Origin: Trypanosoma brucei
Lineage: Eukaryota
NCBI GenBank assembly: GCA_000002445.1
Contig: CP000067.1
Coordinates: 832,001 to 896,000 of the forward strand
Direction of reading: 5' to 3'
Length of the DNA: 64,000 nt
The notes beneath the pieces were generated by a model. That model was not told where the DNA came from. It saw only the letters and a list, made by a program, of their open reading frames with translations, and did not search any database. Shown here piece by piece: positions 1-10,999 of this stretch; position 1 is the stretch's first letter, and the number at the start of each line of letters is the position of its first letter. The translations under genes and the position numbers were made by a program.

Positions 1-1
1 C

Positions 2-1480
2 CTTCCAGTCAGTTTGTCTTATGATGAACTACTAGAAACGAAGTTGTATGCGGCGGAGCAGCTCGGGTTGTCAAAACCAAGGGAGAGTGTTGGAAACCTT
101 GTGCGTGCAAGTTCCGTGCTCAGCAGGAGGCATGGGAAGATTCATGTCCATGTTGCCGAACCCCTCTCATTGCGATCCTTCTGCCACAATCCAAGCCAAT
201 GCCCCGAGGGGTTTGAGCCGGTAACAGGAGGAGTTACAGCCGCAGCGCCTAACAAAAGTAGCGATGGCGAGGGAGCACGTAGTCCGTCCCATATCCCTAA
301 GCAGGTTTTAACGAACATCGCGTGGCACGTAACGCACACTCTACAAGACAATACAATCATTACGCCAACGGCATTGCTCGCTGCAGTTCTCGGAACCCTT
401 TCCCCTCCGGCAGGGTGCATGTCACTTCGGGAGGCGCAAGCTAAGATGTTGTGGCTCCGTGACCACATTATTAGGAGAAGAGCTCACGTCAGTGAAGATT
501 GTGTAAATAATAACGGTGAGGAACTTTCTCGCATGGCTCTCTTTCATCTTGCGGAGTTTGTAGAGACGCGGGTTGAAGCTGGTGAGACATGGGTGGCTAT
601 GCGCCAAGACAGCAGGGCTCCATTGGGCGTGGCCATCTGCAGCAACCAGTTAATCCATGTGTTTGTGGACGAAGGCGTTGTGGCGTTAGTAGCGCGTGCG
701 TCAGGGGAGCTCAGCGACAACAAAAAAACAGCGCGTGTGTCAACTGATCTCTTGAAGCGTGAATGTGAGCTGCTGCGCACGTTGCTCGCAGGGGAGTTTC
801 AGGACTACCTTCCTTGGTGCCCATATACATATGCATCATGGTTCAAATATGCTGTAACACGGCTACTCGCTCACGATGACATCCACAACGATGGGACAGT
901 TACTTTAGAAGGAGGCGGTTCCGCCGAAAGCACCAACAAGGTGAAAAAAGGTGGCACATATGCGGTTGCGAGTGAACCCCGCTTGCATGACAGCGAAGAT
1001 ATCGTGATTCACTTCACACGCCGGTTTCGATTCATTACCGGTATCCTCTATCCATTTGTAGAGTCCCTATATGTTGTCAGCGTTGCAGTGGCTGCCGTTG
1101 CTGAAACACATGTAGAACATCTGCTTCGTAGGAGACCACTGTTGTTGGCATGTCAGAAATGGGCCTTGGAACTATGCAATGAGAAGCGACTTGTTGTGCA
1201 TATACAATCCTGTGGAAGTGTTGCGCTGAAGAGTGCCTTCACCAGCATTATGGAATTCATTGGTCTCAAGTCGCGTACCGAAGAAAAGGACCTCGTGTAC
1301 ATCCTTCCAATACCACCAAATGGTCTGGAAACGCAATTGCAGCCAGTGACGGAGCAGTTGAAGAAGTTACTGCGCCCCCTCATAGAAGTAAAAGAGGAGG
1401 AAGAGCGAGAGGCGCGAAATCACATGGTTAACGTCTATAAAAAAATCCAAATGAGTTCCAAGCGGGCATCAAGGATGTAG
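2..1480 (+). CDS. 5'-truncated CDS (open to the window edge); C-terminal region of a probable glycerol-3-phosphate/dihydroxyacetone-phosphate acyltransferase-like protein
   Basis: ORF runs from window start to a stop at 1480 (488 codons) in coding-like composition. The product call is weak and rests on remembered resemblance to GNPAT/DHAPAT C-terminal regions. No catalytic H(X)4D motif is present because the N-terminus is missing. Confidence 0.5.
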   Translation, partial: LPVSLSYDELLETKLYAAEQLGLSKPRESVGNLVRASSVLSRRHGKIHVHVAEPLSLRSFCHNPSQCPEGFEPVTGGVTAAAPNKSSDGEGARSPSHIPKQVLTNIAWHVTHTLQDNTIITPTALLAAVLGTLSPPAGCMSLREAQAKMLWLRDHIIRRRAHVSEDCVNNNGEELSRMALFHLAEFVETRVEAGETWVAMRQDSRAPLGVAICSNQLIHVFVDEGVVALVARASGELSDNKKTARVSTDLLKRECELLRTLLAGEFQDYLPWCPYTYASWFKYAVTRLLAHDDIHNDGTVTLEGGGSAESTNKVKKGGTYAVASEPRLHDSEDIVIHFTRRFRFITGILYPFVESLYVVSVAVAAVAETHVEHLLRRRPLLLACQKWALELCNEKRLVVHIQSCGSVALKSAFTSIMEFIGLKSRTEEKDLVYILPIPPNGLETQLQPVTEQLKKLLRPLIEVKEEEEREARNHMVNVYKKIQMSSKRASRM

Positions 1481-1550
1481 GAAAGCATCAAGGAAATAAT
1501 ATTAATAATAATATAGAAAAAGAAGAAGGGGGGAAACGAGAAAAGAAAGC

Positions 1551-1586
1551 GAATGAATGAATTGAATGAATGAATGAATGAATGAA
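1551..1586. repeat. (GAAT)n tetranucleotide microsatellite
   Basis: gaatgaatgaattgaatgaatgaatgaatgaatgaa. Confidence 0.9.
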
Positions 1587-1892
1587 GTCCTCCGATGTGC
1601 TTCTCGCCGTGTGTTGGTGTTCAGTTAGTGTTTGCTTCTTTTTTTTAATTTATTTCCTCATATCATCTACATTACAACCATAATTTCATGATCCCTCCTT
1701 ATTATTATTGTTGTTGTTATCACTTTTTTTTCTTTTTTTGCAATCATTCATCCGATTGTTGTTGTGTCTATTTCTTGTTTGGCTTGTTTTTCTCTTTCTC
1801 TTTTTCTGTACCGTTCAGTGTGCATGTTTCACTTCCCGCAGCCAGTTTCTTTTTCATTTTTACTTTTTCCTTCCTTTCTTTTTGTTTTTCCG

Positions 1893-1893
<1 letters not shown>

Positions 1894-1955
<62 letters not shown>
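1894..1955. repeat. (TG)31 dinucleotide microsatellite
   Basis: Direct read of gtgtgt..., about 62 bp. Confidence 0.95.
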
Positions 1956-1956
<1 letters not shown>

Positions 1957-3157
1957 TTTGCATTTTCGGCCTTGTTATTCTTCTTTCATTTTGTTTTCAT
2001 ATCGTGCATGGCGTGTGACGGTACAGAAAGTCTTTTCATTTAACAAACTAGTCATTACTTAACAACACGTAACAAAAATATAAGATACGAAGTGGCCGAA
2101 GAGGGTTATGGCAGAGCAGATGGTCAACTTAAAGGGTATTTGTTCTTTTAATGTTGTTGTTGTTATGGTTATTGTTATTACGGTTGAAGTTTTAAGTTGG
2201 CGTTGTAAACTTCAAAGGGGAAATGTTGTTTGGTTAGCTTCATCTCACCCAGTATCAGTTCTAAGCATGTCGTCCAAACATCCGTGGGCCTATGGGTGAA
2301 AACATGAAATAAAAATAGCTAAGTAATATATGTATATTTGCTTATCTTTATTTACGTGTGCGTTTTTGTTTTGGTGGTGAGCTGGAGTAGATTGTCCAAC
2401 CCACACCTGAATTTCACTTGTGCTTATTTGACCTTACGCGGATTCGCACCCTTTTTTTTTTTCCTCTCCTCTTCTTTTCTCTCCGGGCAGTAAATATCGC
2501 ATGGATCATAGAAAGGGGGTCAAATATAATACAGCGGAAAAAAAGAAAGGAGTTCACTACGTTTTCGAATAAATAAGAAAAACGATAAAAACAATCGAAT
2601 GAAGAGAATAAACGAGTGGGACGCTAAATAAGTGGCCTGCTTCTGTTTGTTTCGTTCCGTTTTAGCTACTGCTTTTTTCTCATGTTACGGAAAGGCGTAG
2701 ACAAAAGAAGAAAAGAAAAAAAAAGAGAAGAGAAAAGAGGGAGGGAGGGACAGCTGCCTGGAGAGCACAAGTTGCAATTAGTTGTGTGGGCGTCTGTATG
2801 ATTTGGTTTGTCTCAGTCGCTACAGCGTTGTCGCATGTTGATTTTGTTTTATTTTGTTTTTTATGCATGTTTGAGTGCTCAGGCATTATTTCCTCGTAGT
2901 TTTCGGTAACTGTTCCGACATCTTCATTTTCTTGTTTCAACGTCGACTTCTGCTATTATTTACTTATTTTTTTTTATTTTATTTTATTTTTTGCCGCGTT
3001 AAGGTCACGTAGGTGCCAACCTTCACCCGTAGATCAGTAAGTCCTGTTATCCCAACGTAGGGGGGAGGAATCTTCTGGGTGGGTGGGGAAAACAAATAAT
3101 TAGTTATCTTTTAAACAAAGAGGAAACTTTCTTTTTTTCAAAAAAAAAAAAGAAAGG

Positions 3158-5848
3158 ATGCAGGGAGACACTAAAACTATGGGGAAAAAAAAAACAGTTT
3201 CAAGTTTGAATGAAACGCGAGAGCGCCGTCGTTTGGATATTGGGAAGGTACGAGACGTATGGAACACATTTCAAACCGCCATGTGGCATGTTTGTCTTCC
3301 TAATGAACTTGTCATGTGCTTCGATCCGCTGCTACGCTGCATCTTTGCGTTATATTATTTACCTCCTGTGGCATTAGTTGTGGCCATCACCCATAGCGCA
3401 TTGGCACGTATTGTTTGGGTGCTCGTTACTCCGGTTGCGCAGGAAATGGAAAAACAGCCATATGATGCCTCACGCATCGTAACACTTGCACTTGGGCTCT
3501 ATCAAATAATTATTTGCATGTTACCCTTCACCACGCTAAGTATTGCAGTGGCCACTTTAGGTCATAAGGCACTCAACTGCTTCATGGAAAGCATGGTGGA
3601 TAGTTGGTGTACGTATGAGCAGCGGGATTATCCACTTTTGGCAGCGCGCCTGCGTTTCATGATGGAGGACCGCTGGCGATGTTGTACCTTTCTTGTGGTG
3701 CTTTTCCTTCTTGGTACACTTGTGCTTTCAGGTTTTCATACCGACTTGCTCGTCGCATGGCCAGACCGCGAGGGCAATGTGGCATTAAATGTGTGGTTAA
3801 TCATTTTTATTGACTTAACATTCGTTGTAGTGTCGGCATTTACTTGTTCGCCGCCGGGGTTGCGGTTACTCAACTCAAAAAAAGACACAGCGGATGGAAA
3901 GGATGGATCATTTCTGGAATATTTCTTCGATACATGGTGGCGGAAACGTGTTTTCTATATCCGGTACGCCACGGGTTATATGGTGATTGCGCTCGGCGTG
4001 TTCACAACATATCATGATGGTCCATTGCGGGCGCTATCCATGCTGCTGGAGACTTTGATGTATTTACTCATACCTCACGTTATGGTGCACGCAGTGCTTT
4101 CAATTTCAATCGTAGCGGTTAACTTTCACCGCTCGGTGCGGTGGTTGTCCCACCACCGTGCGGCCGTGCCCCACACAATTGCCTTTATCCTACCTTACGA
4201 AGGAGTGCTGCTTTATTCCATGTATTACTTTAGGCACCACTGGATGACGGTGTGTTTGCTTGTGGGAGTCAGCGTTCTTCTAATATACCGCTCTATAGAC
4301 ATTGCGAGGGAATTTGAGGTGACAGAAGCCGGTTCCGTGCTTTGGAAACGGGAAGATGACGGAACCGTAGCGCCGCCAGATCTCGCTAAAGTGCTGGAAG
4401 AGGCGCACGAAAACAAATCACGGCACCTGAACACCGTAAGCCTTGGTGTATCAGGAGATATGGAACGGATGCGGTTAATATCGGATGGAAAGGAAATACC
4501 ACTGCAACGTGTGGTGATCGAACGAATCGGTGAGTCGAGGAGTCTTTCCAAAAAGGCAGTTTTCCTCGCGTACGCATTTCCGAGGGTGTTACACGCACAG
4601 AAACCGAACTATTTGGGTGGTAAGCATTTTCGGACGGGCCGGCTGCTGCTTCGTACGATTACGTCAATCCTCTTAACTTTCTTCGCCCTACTTGTGGCAG
4701 GTGTAATACTTCAGGCAGCTTTTCCAGAATTACGTAAATGGCCCGTCCGCTTACGGATATCGGAGGGGGGCGAAATTTTGACTATCGATCATATTGTGGT
4801 GCGCATGCATTTACTCTCTAGAAATGCAAGTGCAAATCCATTGTCGCCACCTGTTACCTCCGCCATGACGCCTGCACACGCCGCATTTCAATGGGGCAAT
4901 ACAACGGCGTTTAATACGGATTGGTATGCGTCGCTGTGCGCACGAGAGTTCCATGGCGCTTCAGTATGGGAAGTTTCATTACTTGCGCTGGCCACATACC
5001 TTTCAACTGAAGAGGAAGTGCGTCAAATGCTGCATTTTATGAATACACACATGGAGACAGACTGGATCATGCGCGAGCGTCATGGAATGGATTGCGTAGC
5101 CGTGGATTCTTCCACGAAGCCCACAGAATGGAATGGTTATTTCGACTTTTATAGTGCCAAACACGATCTCTCCGTGGTTGCCATTCGCGGAACCGATATG
5201 ACATCGGCTATTGATTTCCTTATCGACTTCAACATGTTTTTTGAGGTTGTTTTGTATCATCTCTTATCTAATTTCGTTCCTGGGGCAGGAATTTTACCCT
5301 CGCACCTAATCGCAGACTTGATTGGACTGGCTTCACTCCGGTCGGATGGAAACTTCCAGTACGGGACTTGGGAATCCCTCATTGCAGAGAGTAAAGCAGA
5401 TGATAAAAATAACAAACTCCAGTGCGTGAGTAATAACTATCGCCGTGACTTTTTTGCAGACGTTTATAATCACATCCGCTACATTGGCAGTAGGTCAAAG
5501 AGGCCGAAGCATGTTATCTTGACGGGCCACTCATTAGGTGGTGCCGTTGCCTCAATTGTTGGAGCCAAGATGGGAATTCAAGCTGTGGGTTTTGGAGCTC
5601 CGGGAATAACATTAGCGCGAAAAAAGTTCAACGTGGATTTGCGGAGTATTAACAAACACGTTGGGAATATCATATCCTCGCACGATATATTTCCCATGAT
5701 TGGTGGTAATGTTGGGGAGCAACATCGCATAGAGTGTCTGGCAACTACACGGGAACTTTGCCATGCCATGGAATTTCTCGTTGGAGCGCTATGGCGGTCA
5801 TGCGGGTCAATTCGCTCACGATTTCCCTCCATGGGCTCAGTTTTGTAA
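3158..5848 (+). CDS. Polytopic membrane protein with C-terminal class 3 (fungal-type) lipase domain
   Basis: 896-aa ORF. The N-terminal ~450 aa contain multiple hydrophobic helices. The C-terminus carries the GHSLGG nucleophile elbow (ILTGHSLGGAVASIVGA) typical of the lipase_3 family. Confidence 0.8.
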   Translation: MQGDTKTMGKKKTVSSLNETRERRRLDIGKVRDVWNTFQTAMWHVCLPNELVMCFDPLLRCIFALYYLPPVALVVAITHSALARIVWVLVTPVAQEMEKQPYDASRIVTLALGLYQIIICMLPFTTLSIAVATLGHKALNCFMESMVDSWCTYEQRDYPLLAARLRFMMEDRWRCCTFLVVLFLLGTLVLSGFHTDLLVAWPDREGNVALNVWLIIFIDLTFVVVSAFTCSPPGLRLLNSKKDTADGKDGSFLEYFFDTWWRKRVFYIRYATGYMVIALGVFTTYHDGPLRALSMLLETLMYLLIPHVMVHAVLSISIVAVNFHRSVRWLSHHRAAVPHTIAFILPYEGVLLYSMYYFRHHWMTVCLLVGVSVLLIYRSIDIAREFEVTEAGSVLWKREDDGTVAPPDLAKVLEEAHENKSRHLNTVSLGVSGDMERMRLISDGKEIPLQRVVIERIGESRSLSKKAVFLAYAFPRVLHAQKPNYLGGKHFRTGRLLLRTITSILLTFFALLVAGVILQAAFPELRKWPVRLRISEGGEILTIDHIVVRMHLLSRNASANPLSPPVTSAMTPAHAAFQWGNTTAFNTDWYASLCAREFHGASVWEVSLLALATYLSTEEEVRQMLHFMNTHMETDWIMRERHGMDCVAVDSSTKPTEWNGYFDFYSAKHDLSVVAIRGTDMTSAIDFLIDFNMFFEVVLYHLLSNFVPGAGILPSHLIADLIGLASLRSDGNFQYGTWESLIAESKADDKNNKLQCVSNNYRRDFFADVYNHIRYIGSRSKRPKHVILTGHSLGGAVASIVGAKMGIQAVGFGAPGITLARKKFNVDLRSINKHVGNIISSHDIFPMIGGNVGEQHRIECLATTRELCHAMEFLVGALWRSCGSIRSRFPSMGSVL

Positions 5849-7373
5849 CCTCCCGATACGTCACATTCAAGACAAACATGGAACTGGATTTGTGTTCGTA
5901 TTAGGCTCCCTTTGTTTTGTTTTGTTTTGTTTTTTCTTTTTTGTTTCCGTCGTTGACCTTTCAATGGGGAGGAGAGGAATGAAGGGCAAGTAGAAGAAAA
6001 GAAAACAGAGGGAGGAGAAAATATGCACCAATGGGAGTTGATTAATGGGATATGTGCAAGGTGAGAGGGAGGTGTTGAAAATAAAATAAATGAGCACAAG
6101 CGCGTGTGTTGAATAATTTCATAATTTTTTTTTCTTCGCTGTTGACTTGTTCATTTGTCTCTCTCTGTTGTATTAATCTACCTAATCGCTTTCCTTCACC
6201 TGTTCTTCAACACTTTTTTTTTTCTGATTCACCTGTTGTTAATGCTTCATTTTTATCCGCACGGCAACATGCTTTTCGGCAGCCGCCGTTGTGAAATTCA
6301 ATTCAACACGCACGTGCGATTATGCCCATTTGTAGTCATAACACCCACCTCATATTTCTTTTTTCTTCTTTTATTTATCATTCCAATTTTACAGTCGGGC
6401 GGAAGTAATGCGCTTCAAACCTGCTGAGTTGTTTTGTTTTGTTTTCTGGAATGTGTGTGTTTTGCGTCAACACGAAGAGGCCATCGCACAAACCCTTCAA
6501 CACACGTCCAACTCATCAAAAAGAAAATTATTAATAATAATAATAGTATTGGCAACAGTAATAATAATATTGTTATTAACGTTGATAACACGACGTGAGG
6601 AAGTGAACCGCACAGTTCTGCCCAACATTTAATTCAGTCTGGTGAAGGAAAGAATAAAAGGAAGGAGGAAACATATTCCTTTACTTCGGAGAAACACATC
6701 TGGGAACGGATTTCGTAGAATGTAAACACCACTCGAATTTGTCATGAAATTCCGTTTTAGCCCCTGATTCTCCTTTTTTTTTTTTTTATTTCTTTCTTTC
6801 TTCCTTTCTTTGTATATTCATCGCTTTTGTGATGCTTGTGTTTTCTTTTTTTTTTCTCTCTTTTTTTTCTGTCAGTGAGTTCACGTGAATAAGGGATTAT
6901 AGTCTCACTGGTGGGGAATGGTTTCATGTCTTGGCAGTAGTTACCGCACTTAAGTCTGTCGTTTCTTTTTTGTTGTTGTTGTTGTTGTTGTTGTGGAGTT
7001 GCCACCATTCGGCCGTGAGAGAAAAAAATCCTTGCGTAAAATCCATGCGAGATTTGGTGCTCGCTCCCTTTGTTGTTGTTGTTTTCCTTACTTTTACTCA
7101 CTTGTTCTGTTTTGCTTTGTCGTCCGCATAAAAGAAGAAAGGCAAACAGGACGAAGCACATTTTAACCTTCTGCTTTGGGGAACGTGGCTGTTCCCAGGG
7201 GGGATTTTATTGATTGATGTTGCTTGTTTTTGTGTTTTGCTTTCTTTTGCACATGCAATCCGTGAGTATGGCACATTCACAATAACATGAGGCTGAAAAC
7301 AGTGATGCCTTTACGTCCTTTACCTCATCTCTTTATTTAACTTCACACACATATCCGTCAATAAAAGGTTGGA

Positions 7374-8021
7374 ATGAGTACCACAGGAAGCTGGACAATT
7401 GAACGAAGCGATGGCGTCATCGTTAAAATTGATAAACCGAATGTCTCTTTTCGCTTCGGCCGCGGAAAGGAACTTCCTCCTGGACAGCAACTTAACGACA
7501 AGTACATCTCCCGGAATCACATCTCATTCGAGTGTAAATCATCTTCGCTTTTCGCAAAGCAAAGCGGCCGGAACCCAACATTTTATTCAGCAGCGTTCCG
7601 TCAAGTTCCGAGAGCCGGATTGGAGTTCCGGCCTGCCGATGCCAACAAAACTTCTGCCGCGCAACCCGATGGTTCCGGCAACAAAAATGAGGAAAATATT
7701 GTTTTCGTTCCATGTGGTAATGAAAAAACAAATCAAGTTGTGATAAGCAGCAGCGGGAATGAAATAGAACTGTGTACCCTTCACTTCCCAGAGGAGTTGA
7801 GACTCCCAAAACTTACGGTACGTTACACACCGCCACGCATAGAAAAGGTGGATCACATGCCAAGAGGTGTTCCCGCCGTTCCACTCGTTTTCCCTAAGGA
7901 TGATGATGATGATGATGACGATGACAATAACAACAACAACAACAGTCACGGCTCCACCCCGCCTGCTTGGCGCGGGATTCTTGACGCCGTTCTTCAATCC
8001 AATAAAGGCAGTGACAGTTAA
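7374..8021 (+). CDS. Small FHA-domain-like protein with poly-Asp/poly-Asn tract
   Basis: 215-aa ORF. The N-terminus has an FHA-like signature (FRFGRG ... ISRNHISF). A (GAT)n(AAC)n microsatellite at 7897-7945 encodes DDDDDDDDDNNNNNN. Confidence 0.5.
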   Translation: MSTTGSWTIERSDGVIVKIDKPNVSFRFGRGKELPPGQQLNDKYISRNHISFECKSSSLFAKQSGRNPTFYSAAFRQVPRAGLEFRPADANKTSAAQPDGSGNKNEENIVFVPCGNEKTNQVVISSSGNEIELCTLHFPEELRLPKLTVRYTPPRIEKVDHMPRGVPAVPLVFPKDDDDDDDDDNNNNNNSHGSTPPAWRGILDAVLQSNKGSDS

Positions 8022-8512
8022 CATAAGCGCAATTCATTTGGAGCGCGCAACAGGCCGTTGTGGTTTGGACGATGGTTTGAACCACCAATTTGATTAAAGT
8101 TAACTTAATTGAATGGAGAGGCGCATTGCCTCCACATAAGCAGATACGGAGGGCGCCTGAATTTACACGGCAAATAAACAGCCTTGAGGGTAATGCGGCG
8201 AGTTGAACAAACGCTGAAATTGATGCGCTTATTCGGTTGCGAGGAGTTGCGGTATATCTTGTGCGCATATGTTGGTGGTTGGTTGCATGTGAGTTTTAGC
8301 AATGCTGAACAAAAGTTGTCGTAGAGCTGCTGCTGAAATGTAACGAAAGGTGTGGCGATCATGTCGGTCATATATTGCTCCGACTGAGTTCGCATGTGTG
8401 CTTGTCAAATTGCTCTTCCCTTGTGAAGCTAAGCCGTGTATGCGTGTAAGAGCGGATCCTCTTGCTTCGACAACCTCTGCCGGTGACTTAACCCGCGATA
8501 CGTTGCTGCCTT

Positions 8513-8583
8513 TTTGTGGTTGTTGTTGTTGTTGCTGTTCTTTTTCTTGTTTTAAAAAAAAAAAAAAGAAAAAGGTATCTCAG
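8513..8583 (+). promoter_or_regulatory. Polypyrimidine tract plus AG, a putative trans-splice acceptor region for the UBC6-like gene
   Basis: tgttgttgttgttgctgttctttttcttgtttt followed by an A-run and AG, then ATG at 8584. This is the typical kinetoplastid splice-leader acceptor context. Confidence 0.4.
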
Positions 8584-9246
8584 ATGCCGGCGCCGCCAGC
8601 GGCATCCGGTGTGCGTCGCCTGCAGAAGGAGTTACGCGACATCACCCTGGACCCTCCACCGTATTGTAACGCTGCTCCTTCGTCGGAAAGCATTTTCACG
8701 TGGTATTTCACCCTCGATGGACTACCTCAGACGCCTTATGAAGGTGGTCGATATGTTGGGGAGCTGAGGTTCCCACCTGAATATCCGATGAAGGCACCCA
8801 AAATAATTATGCTGACGCCGAGTGGACGGTTTGTTATTAACAGTCCCATTTGCCTTACCATAACTGATTTTCATCCGGAAGAGTGGAGCCCAATGTGGGG
8901 GGTGCGGACAATAATCACTGGTTTGCTTTCATTCATGGTCAGTGAGGAAAGTGGGTTGGGCGGGATGACGGCAACTGCAGAGAGTCGAAGGGCTCTGGCT
9001 GCAGAAAGTCATCGCTATAATGTGGAGCGTGTGCCGGTATACAAGGAATTGTTCAACAGCGAGTACCAGAAAGATTTAAAAAAATTGAACGAGGAAGCAG
9101 AGGCATTGCGCAAGAACTGTGGTGACGTTAGCGAGCATTTGGGTAACAAAACCACCAACGCAGGCAGGGCGCAGCTGCGTGGAATCGTTGCTTCTATCGT
9201 TGTGTTGGTTGCCCTTGCTGTGGGGCTCTTAGTGCTTAGGAATTGA
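8584..9246 (+). CDS. Ubiquitin-conjugating enzyme E2, UBC6/UBE2J-like, tail-anchored
   Basis: Start chosen at Met79 of the 8350 ORF, immediately after a long polypyrimidine tract (8513-8580). UBC fold motifs are YEGGRY and TPSGRFVINSPICLTITDFHPEEWSPMWGVRTI (active Cys, and the HPN motif is absent as in UBC6). A C-terminal hydrophobic anchor is present (IVASIVVLVALAVGLLVL). Confidence 0.85.
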   Translation: MPAPPAASGVRRLQKELRDITLDPPPYCNAAPSSESIFTWYFTLDGLPQTPYEGGRYVGELRFPPEYPMKAPKIIMLTPSGRFVINSPICLTITDFHPEEWSPMWGVRTIITGLLSFMVSEESGLGGMTATAESRRALAAESHRYNVERVPVYKELFNSEYQKDLKKLNEEAEALRKNCGDVSEHLGNKTTNAGRAQLRGIVASIVVLVALAVGLLVLRN

Positions 9247-10079
9247 CGGGCTGTTGACTCCATCCTTATTCCCATCCCCACCCAAACGCGCACGATCACA
9301 ATTATTCGTATGAAATTCTCACAGGCAAAGCGTTCATTTCCGCCCACCTCCTCCGTTGAAAATTACCTTCCCACCCGAGCTTCAGTTGATGGCATTACCC
9401 TTCAACACACGCCTGCACTTGACGCCAACATTAACTTTATTACATGTAATCTCTTCTCCACACCATTAAATAGTAAATGTTAAGGAAATGCGCCTGGGAC
9501 AAATGCATATGATACTTTCATGCCTTTCGTTGGATCGCAACCCACTTTGACACTCAGTTGCGGCGTCGCCGAAGTGTTTCAAGAGGGTATTTTTTGTTCG
9601 CCGACTTCCTCTCGACCGTTCAAACTGACATGGGTTTCGGTCATTTCCCCTGTTTGCCGGATTCCGATGGATGTGAAGAAGTGCAATAAAGCGTTGCATT
9701 ATGGAGCAAGTGGAGAAATCACAGCGGTCTCTCAGTGTTGCTGAATTATTTCTGTTTCCCTCTCCCCGATCTAGGGCAACGGTGCAGTTCCAAAACAATA
9801 AAAAGGTCGGGACGCGAAAGTGGACAGAGAGTGCTCAAGGAACGCCATTGTGAGGTTTGACACACTTCACGTATGCGAATACCGGAATTCACACATGGCC
9901 CTCGACGGGCATCGGCTACACGGGCGCCATAGCGTTACGAATCCGTGGGGAGTCCAACTTTTTTGCTTCTGAAGCGCCGCATTCCTGTCACTTGAAATAG
10001 CAGTCCATCGTGAACTAAATGAGATCGTGCAAACACATTCCGGAAGCAACGGCCAGAAAAGGAACCTTACCGAGACCAC

Positions 10080-10800
10080 CTCCAAAACCATGAAAAAAAG
10101 GACATATTGCACACATTTGTTTTCCCCTTATTTTCCTTCCTGTCACTGTTCCTTTCCCAGCCCAGTTCCAGTTTCCCATGACAGCACGGGTCCAATACCT
10201 TCCTCTTTTATAATGAACAATGGGGCATTTGATGGAATGTTTGCAGCAGCACCGCAACACCCCGCCACACATTGCAGCCTCGTGAGGTGATGTTTGAACT
10301 CTGTTGGTATGGGGGTCATCCTCTCCCTGCCTTTCTGGTATTTTAGCATTGCTTTCTCAACCAACCCAATAAAAGAAAAAGCAAAGCAAGGCAAAGAGCA
10401 AAAAGAGACGAGCCGTCCACTGACTCACGTTTTAGTTGATGGGGATGTTACTCTCGATGTAATGAATAATGGATATGCTGCTTCATTAGTAACTAAAACA
10501 GCGACCCCTTTTCCTTTCATTCGTTTCCGTCCCAAATGTCACCACCTCAGGCCACACACACACGCACAATCTCAATCCCTCTTCCCCTTTCATCCGAACA
10601 TTAAAATTTCACGGCAGCAAAATTGAGGGAAACGGAGAAATGACGAAAACCTACGCCGATCGGGACTCGAACCCGAGACCTTCGCCGTGTTAAAGCGACG
10701 TCATAACCACCTAGACCATCAGCGCTTGCCCGCTCCGGCAATTTTTGTATCATTTCCTCAGTTCAATTGATTTAAACACGAAAACGACTGACGGTGGTGG
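10080..10800. repeat. Inverted repeat, left arm (721 bp): noncoding segment plus tRNA-Val plus the 3' 12 nt of tRNA-Leu
   Basis: By eye, this is the reverse complement of 29012-29733 at about 98% identity. The ORF-track 110-aa ORFs at 10294-10626 (+) and 29186-29518 (-) are identical. Boundaries were located by direct comparison. Confidence 0.85.
10652..10725 (-). tRNA. tRNA-Val(AAC)
   Basis: 74 nt. Acceptor stem GCGCTGA/TCGGCGT (two G-U pairs); anticodon arm TCGCT-TTAACAC-GGCGA; T-arm TCGGG-TTCGAGT-CCCGA; GG in the D-loop. A T4 run follows on the minus strand. An identical copy lies at 29087-29160. Confidence 0.9.
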
Positions 10801-10822
10801 GGTTCGAACCCACGCCCCTAGA

Positions 10823-10861
<39 letters not shown>

Positions 10862-10868
10862 CACCGCC
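10789..10868 (-). tRNA. tRNA-Leu(TAG), type II with long variable arm
   Basis: Acceptor stem GGCGGTG/CACCGTC; D-arm GCC-GAGTGGTCTAAG-GGC; anticodon arm CCAGA-TTTAGGC-TCTGG; T-arm GTGGG-TTCGAAC-CCCAC. A T4 run follows downstream. Confidence 0.85.
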
Positions 10869-10926
10869 ACCACCGCCGGTTTCGCGGGCGAATTTCTGTT
10901 ATAAACTTACTCCCGCAGTAAAAATA

Positions 10927-10999
10927 TGCGATCGGTGAGGCTCGAACTCACGACCTTGGGATTATGAAACCCACGCGCTGCCGACTGCGCCACGCTCGC
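10927..10999 (-). tRNA. tRNA-Met(CAT), elongator-type
   Basis: 73 nt with standard numbering. D-stem GCGC/GCGC; anticodon loop TTCATAA; T-arm GTGAG-TTCGAGC-CTCAC; G1:C72 and T54, so not initiator-like. A T5 run follows downstream. An identical copy lies at 28774-28846. Confidence 0.85.

Noticed and set aside
1688-2062. ORFs of 84-124 aa rich in Cys, Phe and Val across the (TG)31 microsatellite
   Set aside because: They are produced by translating the dinucleotide repeat and flanking pyrimidine tracts in the intergenic region between two genes.
10015-10272. 85-aa and 87-aa overlapping ORFs (MCGGVLRCCCKHSIKCP...) with a partial duplicate at 29540-29749
   Set aside because: They lie in the inverted repeat and the two copies differ by frameshifting indels. 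A real gene would not tolerate these, so this is non-coding repeat sequence.
10294-10626. 110-aa ORF (MNSVGMGVILSLPFWYF...) present identically at 29186-29518 on the opposite strand
   Set aside because: It lies wholly inside the inverted repeat next to tRNA-Val. The sequence is low-complexity with His/Pro/Ser runs and has no start context. The identity reflects the repeat, not selection on a protein.
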